From assembly GCF_009914755.1 (NCBI RefSeq), contig NC_060932.1: a DNA stretch of 64,000 nt. One strand, written 5' to 3'. Below the pieces are notes generated by a model. That model had not been told where the DNA came from. It searched no databases and worked only from the letters and a program-made list of their open reading frames with translations. This DNA is from the human T2T-CHM13v2.0 reference genome, Homo sapiens. Each line of letters opens with the position of its first letter. The first letter of the stretch is position 1. A program made the translations under genes and the position numbers. This document shows, one piece after another, positions 46,010 to 63,126 of the stretch.

Positions 46010-46800
46010 TTTAAATTAATAGACTTTATATTTTAGAACAGTTTCAGATTTACAGAAAAACTGGGGAGATTGTAGAGAGTTCCCATATGTCCTCCCATCC
46101 CACTCAGAGTTTTTGTATTACTAACATTTTGCATTACTGTGATGTTTGTTACAATTAATGAACCATTAATAATACATTGTTATTAACTAAAGTCCATAGT
46201 TTACATTACCTTATATTAACTAATGTTCCTTCTTTGTATTGTACTGGTTCTGTGGGTTTGAGAAATGCATATCGTCATGTACACACCATTACAGTATCAT
46301 ACAGAATAGTTTTACTACTCTAAAATTTGTTTCATTTGTTTATCCCTCAAACCCTTTGCAACAGCTGTTTTTAAATACTGGCTCTATAGTTTTGTCCTTT
46401 CCAGGATGCTACATAGTTGGAGTCCTACAGTGTGGGTAGCCTTTTCAGATTGGCTTCTTTCACTTAGCAAGGTGCATTTAAGGTTTCTCCATGTTTTTTG
46501 TGGCTTGACTTCTCATTTCTTTTTATCACTAAATACTCACTTATTATAAAGGCTCCTTGGTTACTTCAGTTTTTTACAATTGTGAAAAACATTGCTATAT
46601 ACATTTGTGTGCAGGCTCTTACGTGAATATAAGTCTTCAATTCAGTTGGATTGAGGAGTGAGACTGGTGGGTTGTATTTTTAAAGTATGTTTACTTTTGT
46701 AACAAACGGCCAAACTGTCTTCCAAAGTGGCTGTACTCCTGCATTCCCACTGCAGTGAATGAGAATTCCTAGTGCTTTGCATCTCACCAACATTTGCATT
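46010..46800 (-). mobile_element. L1M 3' end, antisense
   Basis: gactttatattttagaacagtttcagatttacagaaaa...caaactgtcttccaaagtggctgta. Confidence 0.8.
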
Positions 46801-46917
46801 TCAAGGAGAGTTGTTTATTGTTTATTATTATTTTAACAATACTGAATCTTCCCATTGAGAGATATTTTATGTCTGTATTCATTCTTTTTAGTAATGTTTT
46901 TTAAAGTGTTTTCTTCA

Positions 46918-48169
<1,252 letters not shown>

Positions 48170-49823
48170 TTACAATTATTGTATATTAATGACTGTAGGT
48201 TTGTGATAGATAATCTAGATTACTTCTTAATTTTTCATGATTCTTCTTATCAGGCATTTTACCAAGATTTTCTTGAATGCTTTTGGTTTGTTTTGAAAAT
48301 AATCATATGACGTTTATCCTTTAATCTGCTAACAGTAGATTTTCTAATGTAGTTTCCTAATATCAAATCATCCTTGAATTTATACATGATGTTAGTCTAT
48401 AGTCTTCTTGTTCTGTTGTTGTTCAGTTTCAGCTTTGAAAGTTTACATTACCTTCCCAGAATAAGTTAGGACACTCCTTTTCACTTTTTCTCCCCTAATG
48501 TGTTATAACACCTTAAATAACATAAGAATGATCTATCCAATAAAGGCTTCATAGAATTTTCTCAAAAACCTTTCTGAGCCTGGAGCCTTTAGGAGGGATG
48601 ATATTAGAACTTTCATCACCTTTTCCATTGCTGCTCTGATTTGTCTTTTTTTCTTTCCCTTGAGTTAGTTTAGCTAATTTCAAACTCATTGATATGAAAT
48701 TGTACGTGGTATTTCTAATGTTATTTATATTAAACATGTTTTCTTTATAACACTTGGAAAGGTATATTTCATGGTTTCTCCAGCTTTCCTGAGTAAAAAA
48801 ATCATATGCATTTGTTAAAAATGCAGATCCCCAGGTTCTTCCCTAGAGATTTCCCCTAGAGATTCAGTAAGTCTAGGATGAGGACTTAGATACTATATTT
48901 TCAGTAAGTTCTGGAGTCTTATCAGGTGCATTAGGAAATTCTGATCTTTTTTTTGGGTCTTTTGACCAAAATTCATTTTCTTCTACTTACTTTTTTTTTT
49001 TTTTTCTGTATCTGGAATGAATTCTAAGCTCTTTTGTTACCATTCTTTCTTACATCTTTAGGTACTTCTTTGGCCATGTCCAGTAGCATTTAATCTGAGT
49101 GTTTTCTTTTTGTCATTAATTCTCCTAAAATTTGTGATTATGTCTCCCTCTGCCATTTCCATTAGAACTTTGATATATGGTCTTCCAGTAGGTTTTGTTC
49201 TGTAATCTATTCACCCTTACAGTTTTAATTTGACTCATTTTTATAGTGACACGTAGTCGAACTAGATCAATCACACTTAAAATGAAAATTAGGAAAACTG
49301 TGTCACTGGATTGCAGTACTGGGTTATTTCTTGAAAAAGTGTAGAATGGGTTCTTGCAACCCCTATAGTACTATCTTAAGAACTGATGCCATCATACAGT
49401 TCCTACTATTGGCAAAACAGTTCGTTTGATGTTAGCTACCACTTACACAAGGGAAGGGCGATTGAAAGGGATCATTTTTCAGAGTTTAGATGGCCCATAC
49501 AGACTTCCTCTCAGAATTGATGATTTGGAGGGAAAACACTGGTTATCTTAATGCTGGTTCCTCTCTCCTTAAGGTTGTTATTATTATACATACTTAAATT
49601 TTTATCATTTACATATTCATCCCTGAAATTTTGAGCAACAAAAATAAAATCTCCATTTTATTTTATGTTACATATTTTGAAAATATTACTTTGTCTGCTG
49701 TTTGGAGAATGGATTGTAGTTGCTTAGTCTGGATTAGGCTCTGAATAAGTGTAGTCAATTGATTAGGTAATTGATTGCTTTATCATTACTTGATAGATGA
49801 TTTTATTAATTTTCCCTTCTCAG

Positions 49824-50160
49824 TTAATGGAGAATCATCCTCATTTGCACCAACTGATAATGCGTCTGTCACGGGTACTCCAGTAGTGTCTGAAGAAAAT
49901 GCCTTGTCTCCAAATTGCACTAGTACTACTGTTGAAGATCCTCCAGTTCAAGAAATACTGACTTCCTCAGAAAACAATGAATGTATTCCTTCTACCAGTG
50001 CAGAATTGGAATCTGAAGCTAGAAGTATATTAGAGCCTGACACCTCTAATTCTAGAAGTAGTTCTGCTTTTGAAGCAGCCAAATCAAGACAGCCAGATGG
50101 GTGTATGGATCCTGTACGGCAGCAGTCTGGGAATGCCAACACAGAAACCTTGCCATCAGG
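49824..50160 (+). CDS. WWP1: WWP1 exon 9, VNGESSSFAPTDN...NANTETLPSG (linker and start of WW1)
   Basis: cttctcag|TTAAT...TCAGG|gtatgt; 337 nt; ORF track 49775..50185. Confidence 0.97.
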
Positions 50161-51109
50161 GTATGTTAAGCTTTTTAATGTCTGACTTGCATTTAAGTAG
50201 CAACTCTGTTAACATACGATTATTGAATGTGTGCATAAAATGTTTTCATTGTTCAGAACTTTGAAATCTAAGTTGGGATCTGAATCATACTATTTATTTA
50301 CTTGCTACAAAACAAGTACTTTTTGAAACTAAGAACAATTGCTCATCTGGTTGACATATATGTAGTACGAAGGGAAAAGAAAAAACCTGATGTTAATTAG
50401 CAAGACCCTCTTAATTTGATTCTTGGTTTATTTCTACTTTTCGTAAGAGTGACCATGATACTCCATATAATATCCTCAGTTCTCTGGCATCCTTGGTGAT
50501 CTGTTTTCCAGACCTCATACTGGAGAGCAAATAGCTCTTCTTTTCCTCAGCTAATATTGAGTGCTGGGGAGTCACAAACCTTGCTGATTGGCTCTATTAA
50601 AAATGCAGTTTTTCATTGCTGGTTAGTAATTCTTAATCTCTTTTAAGTTTCTCATTATAATTACTCAACTTCCCATGATTTTCTTTAAAGAGTATTCTAT
50701 ATGTGTATTCCATTCGGTAATTTCTTTGACCTTTGGCACTGATAATACTAATATTAATTAATGATTAATTGTCTCTGCCTTCAAGAAGCTTATTTAGTGA
50801 TTCACAGTTGTAAACGTGTACAGTATATACAGTACAGTCAGAAAGTATATATGGACACGTGCTTTCCAACACAGTTTACAGTGATCAGAATGTCAACTGT
50901 TGTAGCTATTGAAACTGCACTTCTAGATGTCTCTACACTATTGTCTTCATTTTGTTACCTCAGTCACTATGTTAGTGTACGTTGGTTTTTTTTTTGGAAT
51001 TGTTTTTTTTTTTCTCAGTGCCCTTTACTGGCTCGTCTGATGTTGTCCACTGCTTAATTACGGTTTCAGCCTTTGGTCTTCCTTTGTGTGCTTACCCCAG
51101 TAGATCTAG

Positions 51110-51412
<303 letters not shown>

Positions 51413-54400
51413 GCTCTCCATCATTTTAACTATTAAATCTATATGTTCAGGCCAGACTTTTCTTTGAGCTTATTTTCAACTACTTTTCCCTCTTCTGTTT
51501 CCTGGAAATGTTTCAGACCCTATATTAGCTTTCCTTTCCCTCTCAAAAATCTCTTGTCCTGTGTCCCATGTTTGGTAAATTAGTCAATTATCCTAGTCTC
51601 TCATGTGCCAGTCACTGTGGCAAAGACATATAAGAAGCTGTTCTTACTGTCAAGAACCTCATCGTCTAAGTGGTGGGGGAGGGGAAGAGAAGTAGACAAT
51701 CAGCCAGCATACAGTACAATTAAAGCTATGCCAGAGGTAAGTTTAGGATGCCATGACAAGGAATACATGCAGAGAAGGAATGGGAGGAGTTACCTGCGCC
51801 GTTGACGTCAAAGAATACTTTCGAAAGCTATGACACGTCAGTGGATTCTGAAAGAAGAGGAGGAGTTAGCAAATAGTGGAGGCACGAGTGGTGAAAATTT
51901 CATTTTCAGTAGAGCCGACTGCACATTCAGATTCCTAGCACCCATGAAAATGAGTATGCTGAACCCAGGAATTATTATTTTGTTATAGTTTGAGTTCAGC
52001 ATTTGAGGCAGCAAGATATATAATGCTGAAGAGAAAACAGCCCTGTGAAGAATTTTGTGTGATTTCGAAGGGTTTGGAAGTTTTTTCTGAAAACCACGAA
52101 TAAGCATTAAAGAATGTAAAGCAGGGGAGTGGCATAATCCTCTTTGCTTTTATTAAGATCATTTTTGCAGTGGTATAGACAGCTGAGGAGTTAAGGAGTT
52201 GGGATAGCAGCCAGGCTGTTTTATAAATGAGGGAAGCCGGCATTCCAGTTCAAAACAGTAAGTACATAAACCTAATTCTGTTGAGACCAGATAAATGCTT
52301 CAGCAGACTTGTTGTCACCACTTATGATCTTTGTATTAGAATTTTGCAGTAATCTATATTAGTGTTTTTCAAATTGTAGAGTGCAACCCGTTAATAGGTT
52401 ATGACCAGCATTTGAACACATAATGAAATAAAGAAATATAGGCGAGAATAGGAAATATTGGAAGATGTTAAATGTAGTAAGAATAAGCATTGTTTCCTGA
52501 AAGTTTGTTTTTCTGTGTGTGTGTGTGTGTGTGTATGTGTGTGTATGTAAGTAAAATCAGTAGATAAATAGCAATCTGGTATACACAGAGATATTTATAT
52601 AAAACACACTTCTTACTGTGTAAACTGTGGTCAAAAAAAGTTTAAAAGCCACTAATCCAGGGGAGAAATTAAGAGAGCCTGAAGTGAGGTAAATGCTAAT
52701 ATTTTAGGTTGACATAAGATGGGTCTTGATAAGTTGTGGGGAGATAGAATAGAAAAAGAGTGGAACCAAGGTGGATTCTTCTGGCATACACAGCACCAGG
52801 CTGTGTAACCCTTTGAGTCAGCAGTTTTCAACTCCACATCATCTTCCCTCTTTGCTTAAAAATCTTACCTTAGTTCCTGTGTTTTCTTTTGTTTGGTAAC
52901 TTACTGAGTCATTTAGCTAACAACAGGATAGGACTATGGGTGCCTCAATCCTGTTGATTGTAATGTACAGCCAAGTTGAGAACTGCTACTTCAAGTTCTT
53001 TTGTTAACCCTTTACTCTCCACATTTTTTAATTCACTTTATATAGAGATATGTAGATGAAATAAAAAAATTCTGTGTATCAAAATCTAAAGTATGCATCA
53101 GTGAAAAATTGGACAGTGTATTAATATTGAGTACTTTTCAGAGAGATTAAAAATACATTCTGAATCCCCCCCCCATCCCCCCACCCCCGCCCCTAAATAG
53201 CGATTAGGCAACTGGGTCATGGCATATTTGACTGAAATAATGATAGAATGTTGGACTTAGGGTAGGAGAGTGATGAGAAAGTGTTCTGTATTTTGTAGGG
53301 CATCCAGTTGATATATGTACCTCATGCCGTATACCAAGGAGGCAGTTATATGTACAGTTCCAGAACTGAAGAAGAATATTCTAGCCTGGAGATAACATTT
53401 GAGTGTTATGCCAAGCACGATTTTGCCTAAAGAACTTTGCATGTGCTCTTTTATGTATTCTCAAATATACTCAGGTTTTGTTAAAATGTTACCTCATTCC
53501 AGAGGTGTTTTTTGAGTCTCCTGTCCAAATCAAGCCAGTTTCCCCACATTTCCGTATCCTGCTTTATTTTCCCCAACATTTTATGTTGAAAATTTACAAA
53601 TGTACAGAAAATTATAATTTTGCAGTGAAAACCCATACACTTCCCACTAGATTTTACAATTGACCCTTTATTGTGCTTGCCTTATCTCATCTCTTCATCT
53701 CTTCATCCATCTGATTTTTAGTGCATTTCAATGAGTTGCAGACATCAATATGTTTTGCCCCTCAACACTTCAGCTTGCAAATCATTAACTGGAATTCAAT
53801 ATGTTTTAAAATTTTTTTAGATAAAGATGACAAAGAAAGAAAAACACGAGTCTTGAATGTACCATTATGATGAATTTTGGCAAATGCGTATGTCTGTGTA
53901 ACTCAAATCTTTATCGAGATACAGAACATTAATATCACCCTAGAAAGTTGTGATTCTGAGGCAATCAATATTCTAATTTTTTCTACTATAGATTAATTTT
54001 CCCTGCTGTAGAACTTACTATAGATGGAGTATGAACTCTTTTGAGTAGGCTTCTTCTAATCAGCATGATGTAACCTTTATTATTTTTCTAGCACTTAAAT
54101 TATGTGACACACAGTGTTATTATCTGTTGTCTCTCCACTAGACTGAAGGGAGATTTTATTTTGTCTATTTCTATATTCTTCGTGCTCAAAACTATGCCTA
54201 CCGTATAGCAGGCACTCAATAAATATTTGTTAAATAAGTGAATTTGTGCTACATTAAATGATTTAGAATGACTGAGCAATTGGGCAAAAGCTCTGGCTGG
54301 TAAATGCCTCTGGAAGAAATGGTTAACAAGGTCAAAAGCCACTGAAAAATTCTAGGAAGATAAGAACTGAAAGGCACTCATTGAACTTAATTACAAAGAG

Positions 54401-57400
54401 TTTATTTATTGTTGACCCATGACAGAGTGTGGTTTCAGGGAAATAATAAGAGCTGTATTCAAATTGCTGTGAGTTGGGAGTGAATGAGAGGGGAGGAAGT
54501 GTGATAGAGGACTCTTTGGAAGCATGTGAACTAATGTAGAAAACTCTTTCTGTGTGAAGACAAAGGGAAGGAGGAATGTTTGAAAGAAGTGAGCAAGAGG
54601 ACATACAGAACTGAGGGGTAGATTGTTTTGTAAAATGGAAGAGACTGACAGGTTGATCTGCTGATGCAGTAGGTCAGTGGAGGGAGAGATTGGCCAATAC
54701 TAGACAGAAAGAGGATTAACTCTGGGATTGTAGTTATGACAAGGCAGCAAGCAGTCTTACTGCCAACCCCTGTTATATAAGTTTGAAGCCAGAAGTTGCC
54801 CAGTCGTTCACCAAATTTTATTATTTTTATTGTAATGTATTTTTCAAAATTCTTCCACATTTCTTTTTTTTTTTTTAAGCAAAGTCTTTGTTCAGTACTA
54901 GGTTTTGAAAATTTGTATATAATGTTTTAGTGAGACAGAGAGACCATACCTAAACACTAGGTAGAAGAGGGTTATGGTTGAAGGTGAAGTGTGGCAGTTA
55001 TAAATTAGAGTTCTATTGAGAATTCTCATTAATCAGTAATTTGGTAATTTGCACCTAGTTGAGGGGTGTTCATGAATTTTCACTACGGGATTATCTGGTC
55101 TCTGGCCAAATCCAGCCCACCACTTTTATAGGTACAGCTCTAGCAGGCTGTCACTGTGAGTCATGGAGACAAAGCCAGAGCAGCCCCCTTTACCCCTGTA
55201 CCACTTCCCCCTGAAAGTACCTTCCTCCCTTGCTGCCCAAGGCCTGCTCTGGTCACCACCACATTCTGGGGACTCACTTTTGGTAGCTACCAGGTCCCAA
55301 GCCTTGGACACATACCCTGGGAGTGACATCTCAGCACGGTGATACCTCTTGGGCCAGCTGCCAGGGGAGGAGAGAAGGGCACACACAGGGATTCAGGAGT
55401 CCCTGGGGCAGACAGTGAAATTGGCCAGGCTGCTCCCTTGTGGACCAGGAACTCTGTGTTCTGAGAATGTTGTCAGCAGCGGGAACTGGGTACACAACAT
55501 GCCCACAACCCGGGATGCCCCAGCACAAGCAGAGAGGGTGGAGCAGGTCAGGAGTCTCTTTTTATGTAAGTACCTACATAATCATCTTGATTATACCTTT
55601 GGTTCACAAAGCCTAAGATATTTACCGTCTGGCTCTTTGTAGAAATTTGCCTACTCCTTATCTAGTGCATTATAGATCTAATAAAGTGCATTCTAGAAAA
55701 TGCACTTTAGAAAATTAGAAATAAGATAACCGAAAGCAGTTCTGAATATAATGTTCTGTGTAGCAAGAAATTTAGTTTGAGAAAGACAAATTCTATTTAG
55801 AACAAACACACTGAAATCTGGAAGTGATCTAAAAGATCAGTGACTAGCATTGTGCTTGGAACGTAAGTGCTTACTGAATATTTGTTAGATGGTAAGTTAG
55901 AAATACTTGAAGTTAACTCAGGATAAAACAGAAAAGGGCTTCATAGCCCATTGTATGGATGGAGGGCTTGGTTGTGTTTATTTTTTCCCCCAATTTTAAA
56001 ACTGTTTCTGATTACAAAATTAAGACATGACCAAATACAATATTTAAGTCATATAGAAATATTAATAGTTCTTAAGCTCACCACTGAGAATGGTGTCTAT
56101 ATATATTATTCCAGTAGCAAATATTTGAGAGCCTTGTTCTAGGCATGTGCAGCAGGGCAGGAGAGCTCAAGGCTCTGTTGTGTAGCACCTGTTGTGTAAA
56201 GCTTGTATTTCAGTGGGAAGACAAACAGTGGCCTTATGTAAAAAAACTCGTTGAGTAATGTCCGATAGTGACAAGTTCTATGAGACAAGATAAAAGTGGA
56301 TGAAGAGGCTAGAGAGCAGCTATATAAATTATTATTTTGCATAAAATATTTTCATAAATAGAATCATACTGTATATAGTTTTTCAGTTGCTTTTAAAAAA
56401 AAACTTAGTCATATTTCCACATCAGTACAAGTAAATTCACACATTGACCAAATATTTAATCGACAAATATTTATTAAACTCCTTGTCTGTGTGGCAGGCT
56501 CTGTGCTAGGTGCTGTTAGTATACTGATTTGCAAAACAGTTGAAGGCCCAAACTTTGTGGAGCGTATGGTCTAATATATAGGTCTCCCTTAATTCTTTTG
56601 AATGGTTTGTAGCGTTTCCTTGTGTATTATTTATTGCTATATAATAAATTACCCCAGAATTTATCTCACACAGTTTCTGAGCATCAAGAATCAGGAAGTG
56701 CATTAGCTGGGTGCTTCTACTTGGGGTTCTCATGAGGTTGCCATCAAGCTGTTGGTGGGGGCTGCAGTCATTTGGAGGATGGTTAAGTGCACCTCACTTA
56801 GCAAACCCAAGAGAGCTGGATTCTGGCCTGTCAGTGGGAAAAGCTCAGAATATGCATTGGCAGCATTGGATGCCTTTGGAAGTGGTAGTGAAGATGACAC
56901 TGTAAATGGCAGGACTGAATGTTTGAGAAACCCTAATTCCCTTCCCTGCAGCCAGAACTTCTGCTCTGCCTAGGGGTTTTCTCACTGGAGATACTTGACG
57001 CTTGGGAACACCAGGCACATTGGAGGTCAGAGATACTGTCCTAAATCAGCAGACGTAAGTGAGCCTTTGAAAGGTTAGTAAGTGAAGAAGGTTGTAAAGT
57101 AAATTTTCAAATACACACCCAACACAGATCCCAGAATATTGACAACCAGGATTTTACCTCCTCAACCAGGAGACTAACAGTATCTTCTATTGAAGACCTC
57201 TCCAAAACACTGAAAATACTAATATAGATTGTTCTCTAACAAAACAGTCCCATTATTATCACTCTTTAATTAATCCACAATCCACAAGCCCCACCCAGGC
57301 ACATAAAACTCCCAGTCAGTTTTCAGTGCCCTTCTCATTAGATATCTGAGGGAAACCTCTTAATTTGAAAGATAGAGATCAAAAAAACAACCTAGAAAAT

Positions 57401-57423
57401 ACTGTTTTAAGATATCAGACTAG

Positions 57424-57802
<379 letters not shown>

Positions 57803-59828
57803 TCAAAGGACTAAAAAACTCTTGGAAATTTAATTCAGTGTGAAATTTGACTGATAAAGGTAAAGAAATTTGCCAGACAGTAACACATAAGGACCAGTTC
57901 AGACAGTCTGATAAGAAAAGTTCTAGAAAGAGAGAAAATGGGAGGAAGTCCTTAACAAAATAACAAACACAAATTTCTTTATTGAAGAATAAACACAAAT
58001 TTCTTCATTGAAAAGACTCACTAAAAATCCAGGATGATAAATGAAAACAGATCTATTTTAAGACAATTTGTTGTGAAAATTTTAGTACATTGGGGCCAAT
58101 TAAATTCTAAATATTTTCAGCGATTGAAAAAGCAGGTTTCATAATAATCAGAATGGCATCAGATTTCCTAGAATCAACACGAAAAGCTAGAAGACAGTGG
58201 AAGAGAGTGGGTCCATGCCTTAAATGCTGAAGGAAATTATGCCCAACATATAATTCTGTATCCAGCCACACTGTTTAGTGTTTGCATAGAATAAATACAT
58301 TCTATGCATATCCTAGGTTTCCAAAAGTTCACTTCTTATGTCTTCTTTCTTAGAAAGCTACTAGGACTTGTGTTTTCCCAAAACTGGGTAGTGAAAGTAA
58401 AAGACGTTGGAGGCAGGAATTAGAGGGTCTGCTAGGAGAGGAGTGAAAGGAATGCCGCACAATGATAAAGGAAAGCCCAAACTGGCCTCAGACAGCACTC
58501 ACTCTAGACTAGAAGCTAATCAGAAGGCAGGTGCAATCATAGAACAGCTAATGAGCTTGAACGTTTTAAGAGGAGATTTATGCAACTGGAAAAGTATTTG
58601 GGGTTTAACGATAAGAATGTAGACAATAAGCAAATGGAAGTGGAGATAATTTTTCTAGCTAATAGTATTTTTTAAAAAAAGAAATTGGGGTATGTTCCAT
58701 GGCTCATCTGTGGGGAGAGTTTACATAGTCATAATGATAACTGTAAGGGAAGGTACAACATATGTGTATATTTGGAATGGTTGGGAGGAGGGTAAGTGTA
58801 GATGTGTATGTGTGCAGGAAAGAGACCTGCAGCTTCACCTTTCCTAATAAAAAGTCAATACATTATGTTTGAAATTAAACAAATCACAATAAGTCAAGGA
58901 AGTTAATAAGTAAAAGAAGTAAATACCAAAAAAATGGACTGAAACAGTTGAAAATGTTGCCTTGGGGAGTGGAAAATGAAGTGAAAGAGACAGTAGGTAC
59001 TGTTGTTTTTTGCAATAAGTCTCACAGACTGTATGACTCTGTTTATGTGAAGGTATATATAATTATATAGCTATGAAGGTATATTTTAAACTATCTGAAA
59101 GTATATGTAATTTTGATAAAAAATTAAAGCTAAATTAAAAATAGTAAAGGATATTTGTGAAGAAACAGTTGAAACCAGGAAATTTTGCTGTAGGACAGCA
59201 ATAAAAATTCAAGGACTGCTTATGGGAATTATTACCTAAAAATAGCAAAAGTGAAACTTGATCAGGTTTTTAGGTATTCATTTGGTTTTGGTAGTTAAGC
59301 TTTCATACAGAATAGCCCATTGTTACATGTTAGACATATTCCTGACAGGCCTTTAAAATGAAATTTTATATTTAACTCCTTCTTTCCCGTGAGCTTTTTA
59401 TATAAACAAATAAAGTAAATCATAACTTTCAGATTGTCTGATTTTAGTGAAATGCTTTATAAGAAATATCTAAGTTTTTACAGTACTGAATATCATGAGT
59501 GTTCCAGTGTAGGATATAATAGGCAAGTTTAATAATTTTTGTGATCCCGAGTCAGTTCTGAACTTGGGAATCTTTATGGTTACTACTTAAGCATTTTGTG
59601 ACTTAGGTTTGTTAGATGCAGGCTAAACAATTTTTTAAATTTTTTGTGTGCATTTGTCATTTTAAGTATGTATGTGTTTATGGGTGCAAACTAGGGAGTA
59701 GTTTCAGTATATATGGTTATCGTGTATAAAAATAATTTAAAGAAAATAAGCACTCTTAATAAAAAAATAAATTTAATTGGGTTCTTTTTTGGGGGGGTTC
59801 TCCCAGATTGATTTAATATTTGAAAATA

Positions 59829-60120
59829 GGCCGGGCATGGTGGCTCACGCCTGTAATCTCAGCACTTTGGGAGGCCGAGGCGGAAGGATCACGAGGTCAG
59901 CAGTTTGAGACCATTCTGGCTAACACGGTGAAACCCCGTCTCTACTAAAAATACAAAAAATTAGCTGGGCGTGGTGGCTGGCGCCTATAGTCCCAGCTAC
60001 TTGGGAGGCTGAGACAGGAGAATGGTGTGAACCCGGGAGGCGGAGCTTACATGAGCCAAGATTGCGCCACTGCATTCCAGCCTGGGGGACAGAGCGAGAC
60101 GCCATCTCAAAAAAAAAAAA
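59829..60120 (+). mobile_element. AluY
   Basis: ctggctaacacggtgaaacccc and gaatggtgtgaacccggg diagnostics. Confidence 0.85.
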
Positions 60121-60606
60121 TTTTTTTTGAAAATATAAATTTACCATATTAACAAATAATCGGGAAAAGCTATTTGATCCTCTCTCAAAATTTTGCAGAT
60201 GGGGAAGGGAGGTAGAAGGAAAGAGTGCTGGATTCTTTATGGGAGATCCTTGAGCCTCCCTCTTGGTGCAGGACAACTTATCAAAACTCACCATTCCAAG
60301 TTAGGGCTTCTTGATAAGCACTCACATTTAAAAACAGAATCTTTTATTGTGAAACATCACACATACACAGAAAAGTACTTTCCTTCAAAATATATAGATG
60401 AAACTGATTTATCACAAAATACACATTTGTAACCATCACACAAGTCAAGAAAGAGAACATTGTCAGCACCCCAGGAATACTCTCTCATGTCGCTTCCGAA
60501 ACACTGCCTTCTCGAGTTCTTGTGTTTAAGAAAAAGGAAAATATTTTCTGGTTATTGTATTTTAAAATTGAAAACTAGTGTCTTAAACTCAGAAGTACCA
60601 GTTTGT

Positions 60607-60974
<368 letters not shown>

Positions 60975-61349
60975 TAAAAATTATTCTTCTTTACCATATT
61001 AAGAAGACTAAAGAGAAATTAACGGGAATCACAGAAGAAAAAATGAGAATGGGAGAAACAAGAGATTGAGAGTCTTCAAAATAGAATAGGAAAAAGATAA
61101 AAACGTCATTTCCATAAATTCAGAGACCTACCAAAACCAGAACCAAAATTAGGATAGATATGCACAATGAAAAGATACTGTGCACACAGATGAAAGAATT
61201 TTCATGGGGCAGTATCACCACATATTTCTTTAAGGCGATTTCTGCTAAAAATCTTTTAGATGGGTACTTTTGAAATTATAGCAAAATCAGTATATTATTT
61301 CATAGACACTTTGTGCCTTGGATTTAATATTAAGTTGAAGGTTTCTTCA

Positions 61350-63126
61350 TTTTTTTTTTTTTTTTGGAAACTGAAAATTAGTGTTTATTGAATACCTAAA
61401 ATGTATTCAGACAAAAATAGACTAGAACTAATTAGCATAATTATTGTAATCCTAGATAAATATCAAATGTCAGAAAAAGGGTAATTTTTATTTTTATTTA
61501 TTTATTTATTTTATTTATTTATTTTTTTAATTGATCATTCTTGGGTGTTTCTCCCAGAGGGGGATTTGGCAGGGTCACAGGACAATAGTGGAGGGAAGGT
61601 CAGCAGATAAACAAGTGAACAAAGGTCTCTGGTTTTCCTAGGCAGAGGACCCTGCGGCCTTCCACAGTGTTTGTGTCCCTGGGTACTTGAGATTAGGGAG
61701 TGGTGATGACTCTTAAGGAGTATGCTGCCTTCAAGCATCTGTTTAACAAAGCACATCTTGCACTGCCCTTAATCCATTTAACCCTGAGTGGACACAGCAC
61801 ATGTTTCAGAGAGCACAGGGTTGGGGGCAAGGTCATAGATCAACAGCATCCCAAGGCAGAAGAGTCTTTCTTAGTACAGAACAAAATGGAGTCTCCTATG
61901 TCTACTTCTTTCTACACAGACACAGCAACAATCTGATTTCTCTATCTTTTCCCCACATTTCCCCCTTTTCTATTCCACAAAACCGCCATCATCATCATGG
62001 CCCGTTCTCAATGAGCTGTTTGGTACACTTCCCAGACGGGGTGGCGGCCGGGCAGAGGGGCTCCTCACTTCCCAGAAGGGGCGGCCGGGCAGAGGCGCCC
62101 CCCCCCCACCTCCCGGACGGGGCGGCGGCTGGGCAGAGGCGCCCCCCACCTCCCTCCCGGACGGGGCGGCTGGCCGGGCGGGGGCTGCCCCCCACCTCCC
62201 TCCCAGATGGGGCGGCTGGCCGGGCGGGGGCTGCCCCCCACCTCCCTCCCGGACGGGGCAGCTGCCGGGCGGAGACGCTCCTCACTTCCCAGACGGGGCG
62301 GCTGCCGGGCGGAGGGGCTCCTCACTTCTCAGATGGGGCGGCTGCCAGGCAGAGGGGCTCCTCACTTCTCAGATGGGGCGGCCGGGCAGAGACACTCCTC
62401 ACCTCCCAGACTGGGTCACGGCTCGGCAGAGGCGCTCCTCACATCCCAGACGGGGCGGCGGGGCAGAGGCGCTCCCCACATCTCAGACGATGGGCGGCCA
62501 GGCAGAGACACTCCTCACTTCCTGGACAGGATGGCGGCCGGGAAGAGGCGCTCCTCACTTCCCAGACTGGGCAGCCGGGCAGAGGGGCTCCTCACATCCC
62601 AGACGATGGGCGGCCAGGCAGAGACGCTCCTCACTTCCCAGACGGGGTGGCGGCCGGGCAGAGGCTGCAATCTCGGCACTTTGGGAGGCCAAGGCAGGCG
62701 GCTGGGAGGTGGAGGTTGTAGCTAGCCGAGATCACGCCACTGCACTCCAGCCTGGGCACCATTGAGCACTGAGTGAACGAGACTCCGTCTGCAATCCCGG
62801 CACCTCGGGAGGCTGAGGCTGGCAGATCACTCGCCGTTAGGAGCTGGAGACCAGCCCGGCCAACACAGTGAAAGCCCGTCTCCACCAAAAAAATACGAAA
62901 ACCAGTCAGGCATGGCGGCGCACGACTGCAATCGCAGGCACTCGGCAGGCTGAGGCGGGAGAATCAGGCAGGGAGGTTGCAGTGAGCCGAGATGGCAGCG
63001 GTACAGTCCAGCTTCGGCTTGGCATCAGAGGGAGAGCGTGGAAAGAGAGGGAGAGGGAGACTGTGGGGAGAGGGAGAGGGAGGGGGAGGGGAGGGGAGGG
63101 GGAGGGGGAGGGGAGGGGAGAGGGAG
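61350..63126 (-). mobile_element. Full-length SVA #2 (SVA_C/D-like) with about 120-bp 3' transduction, antisense in intron 9
   Basis: SVA body 61485-63126; extra segment 61366-61484 with AATAAA and a second poly(A) at 61350-61365; TSD aggtttctt at 61339-61347 and 63127-63135. Confidence 0.92.
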
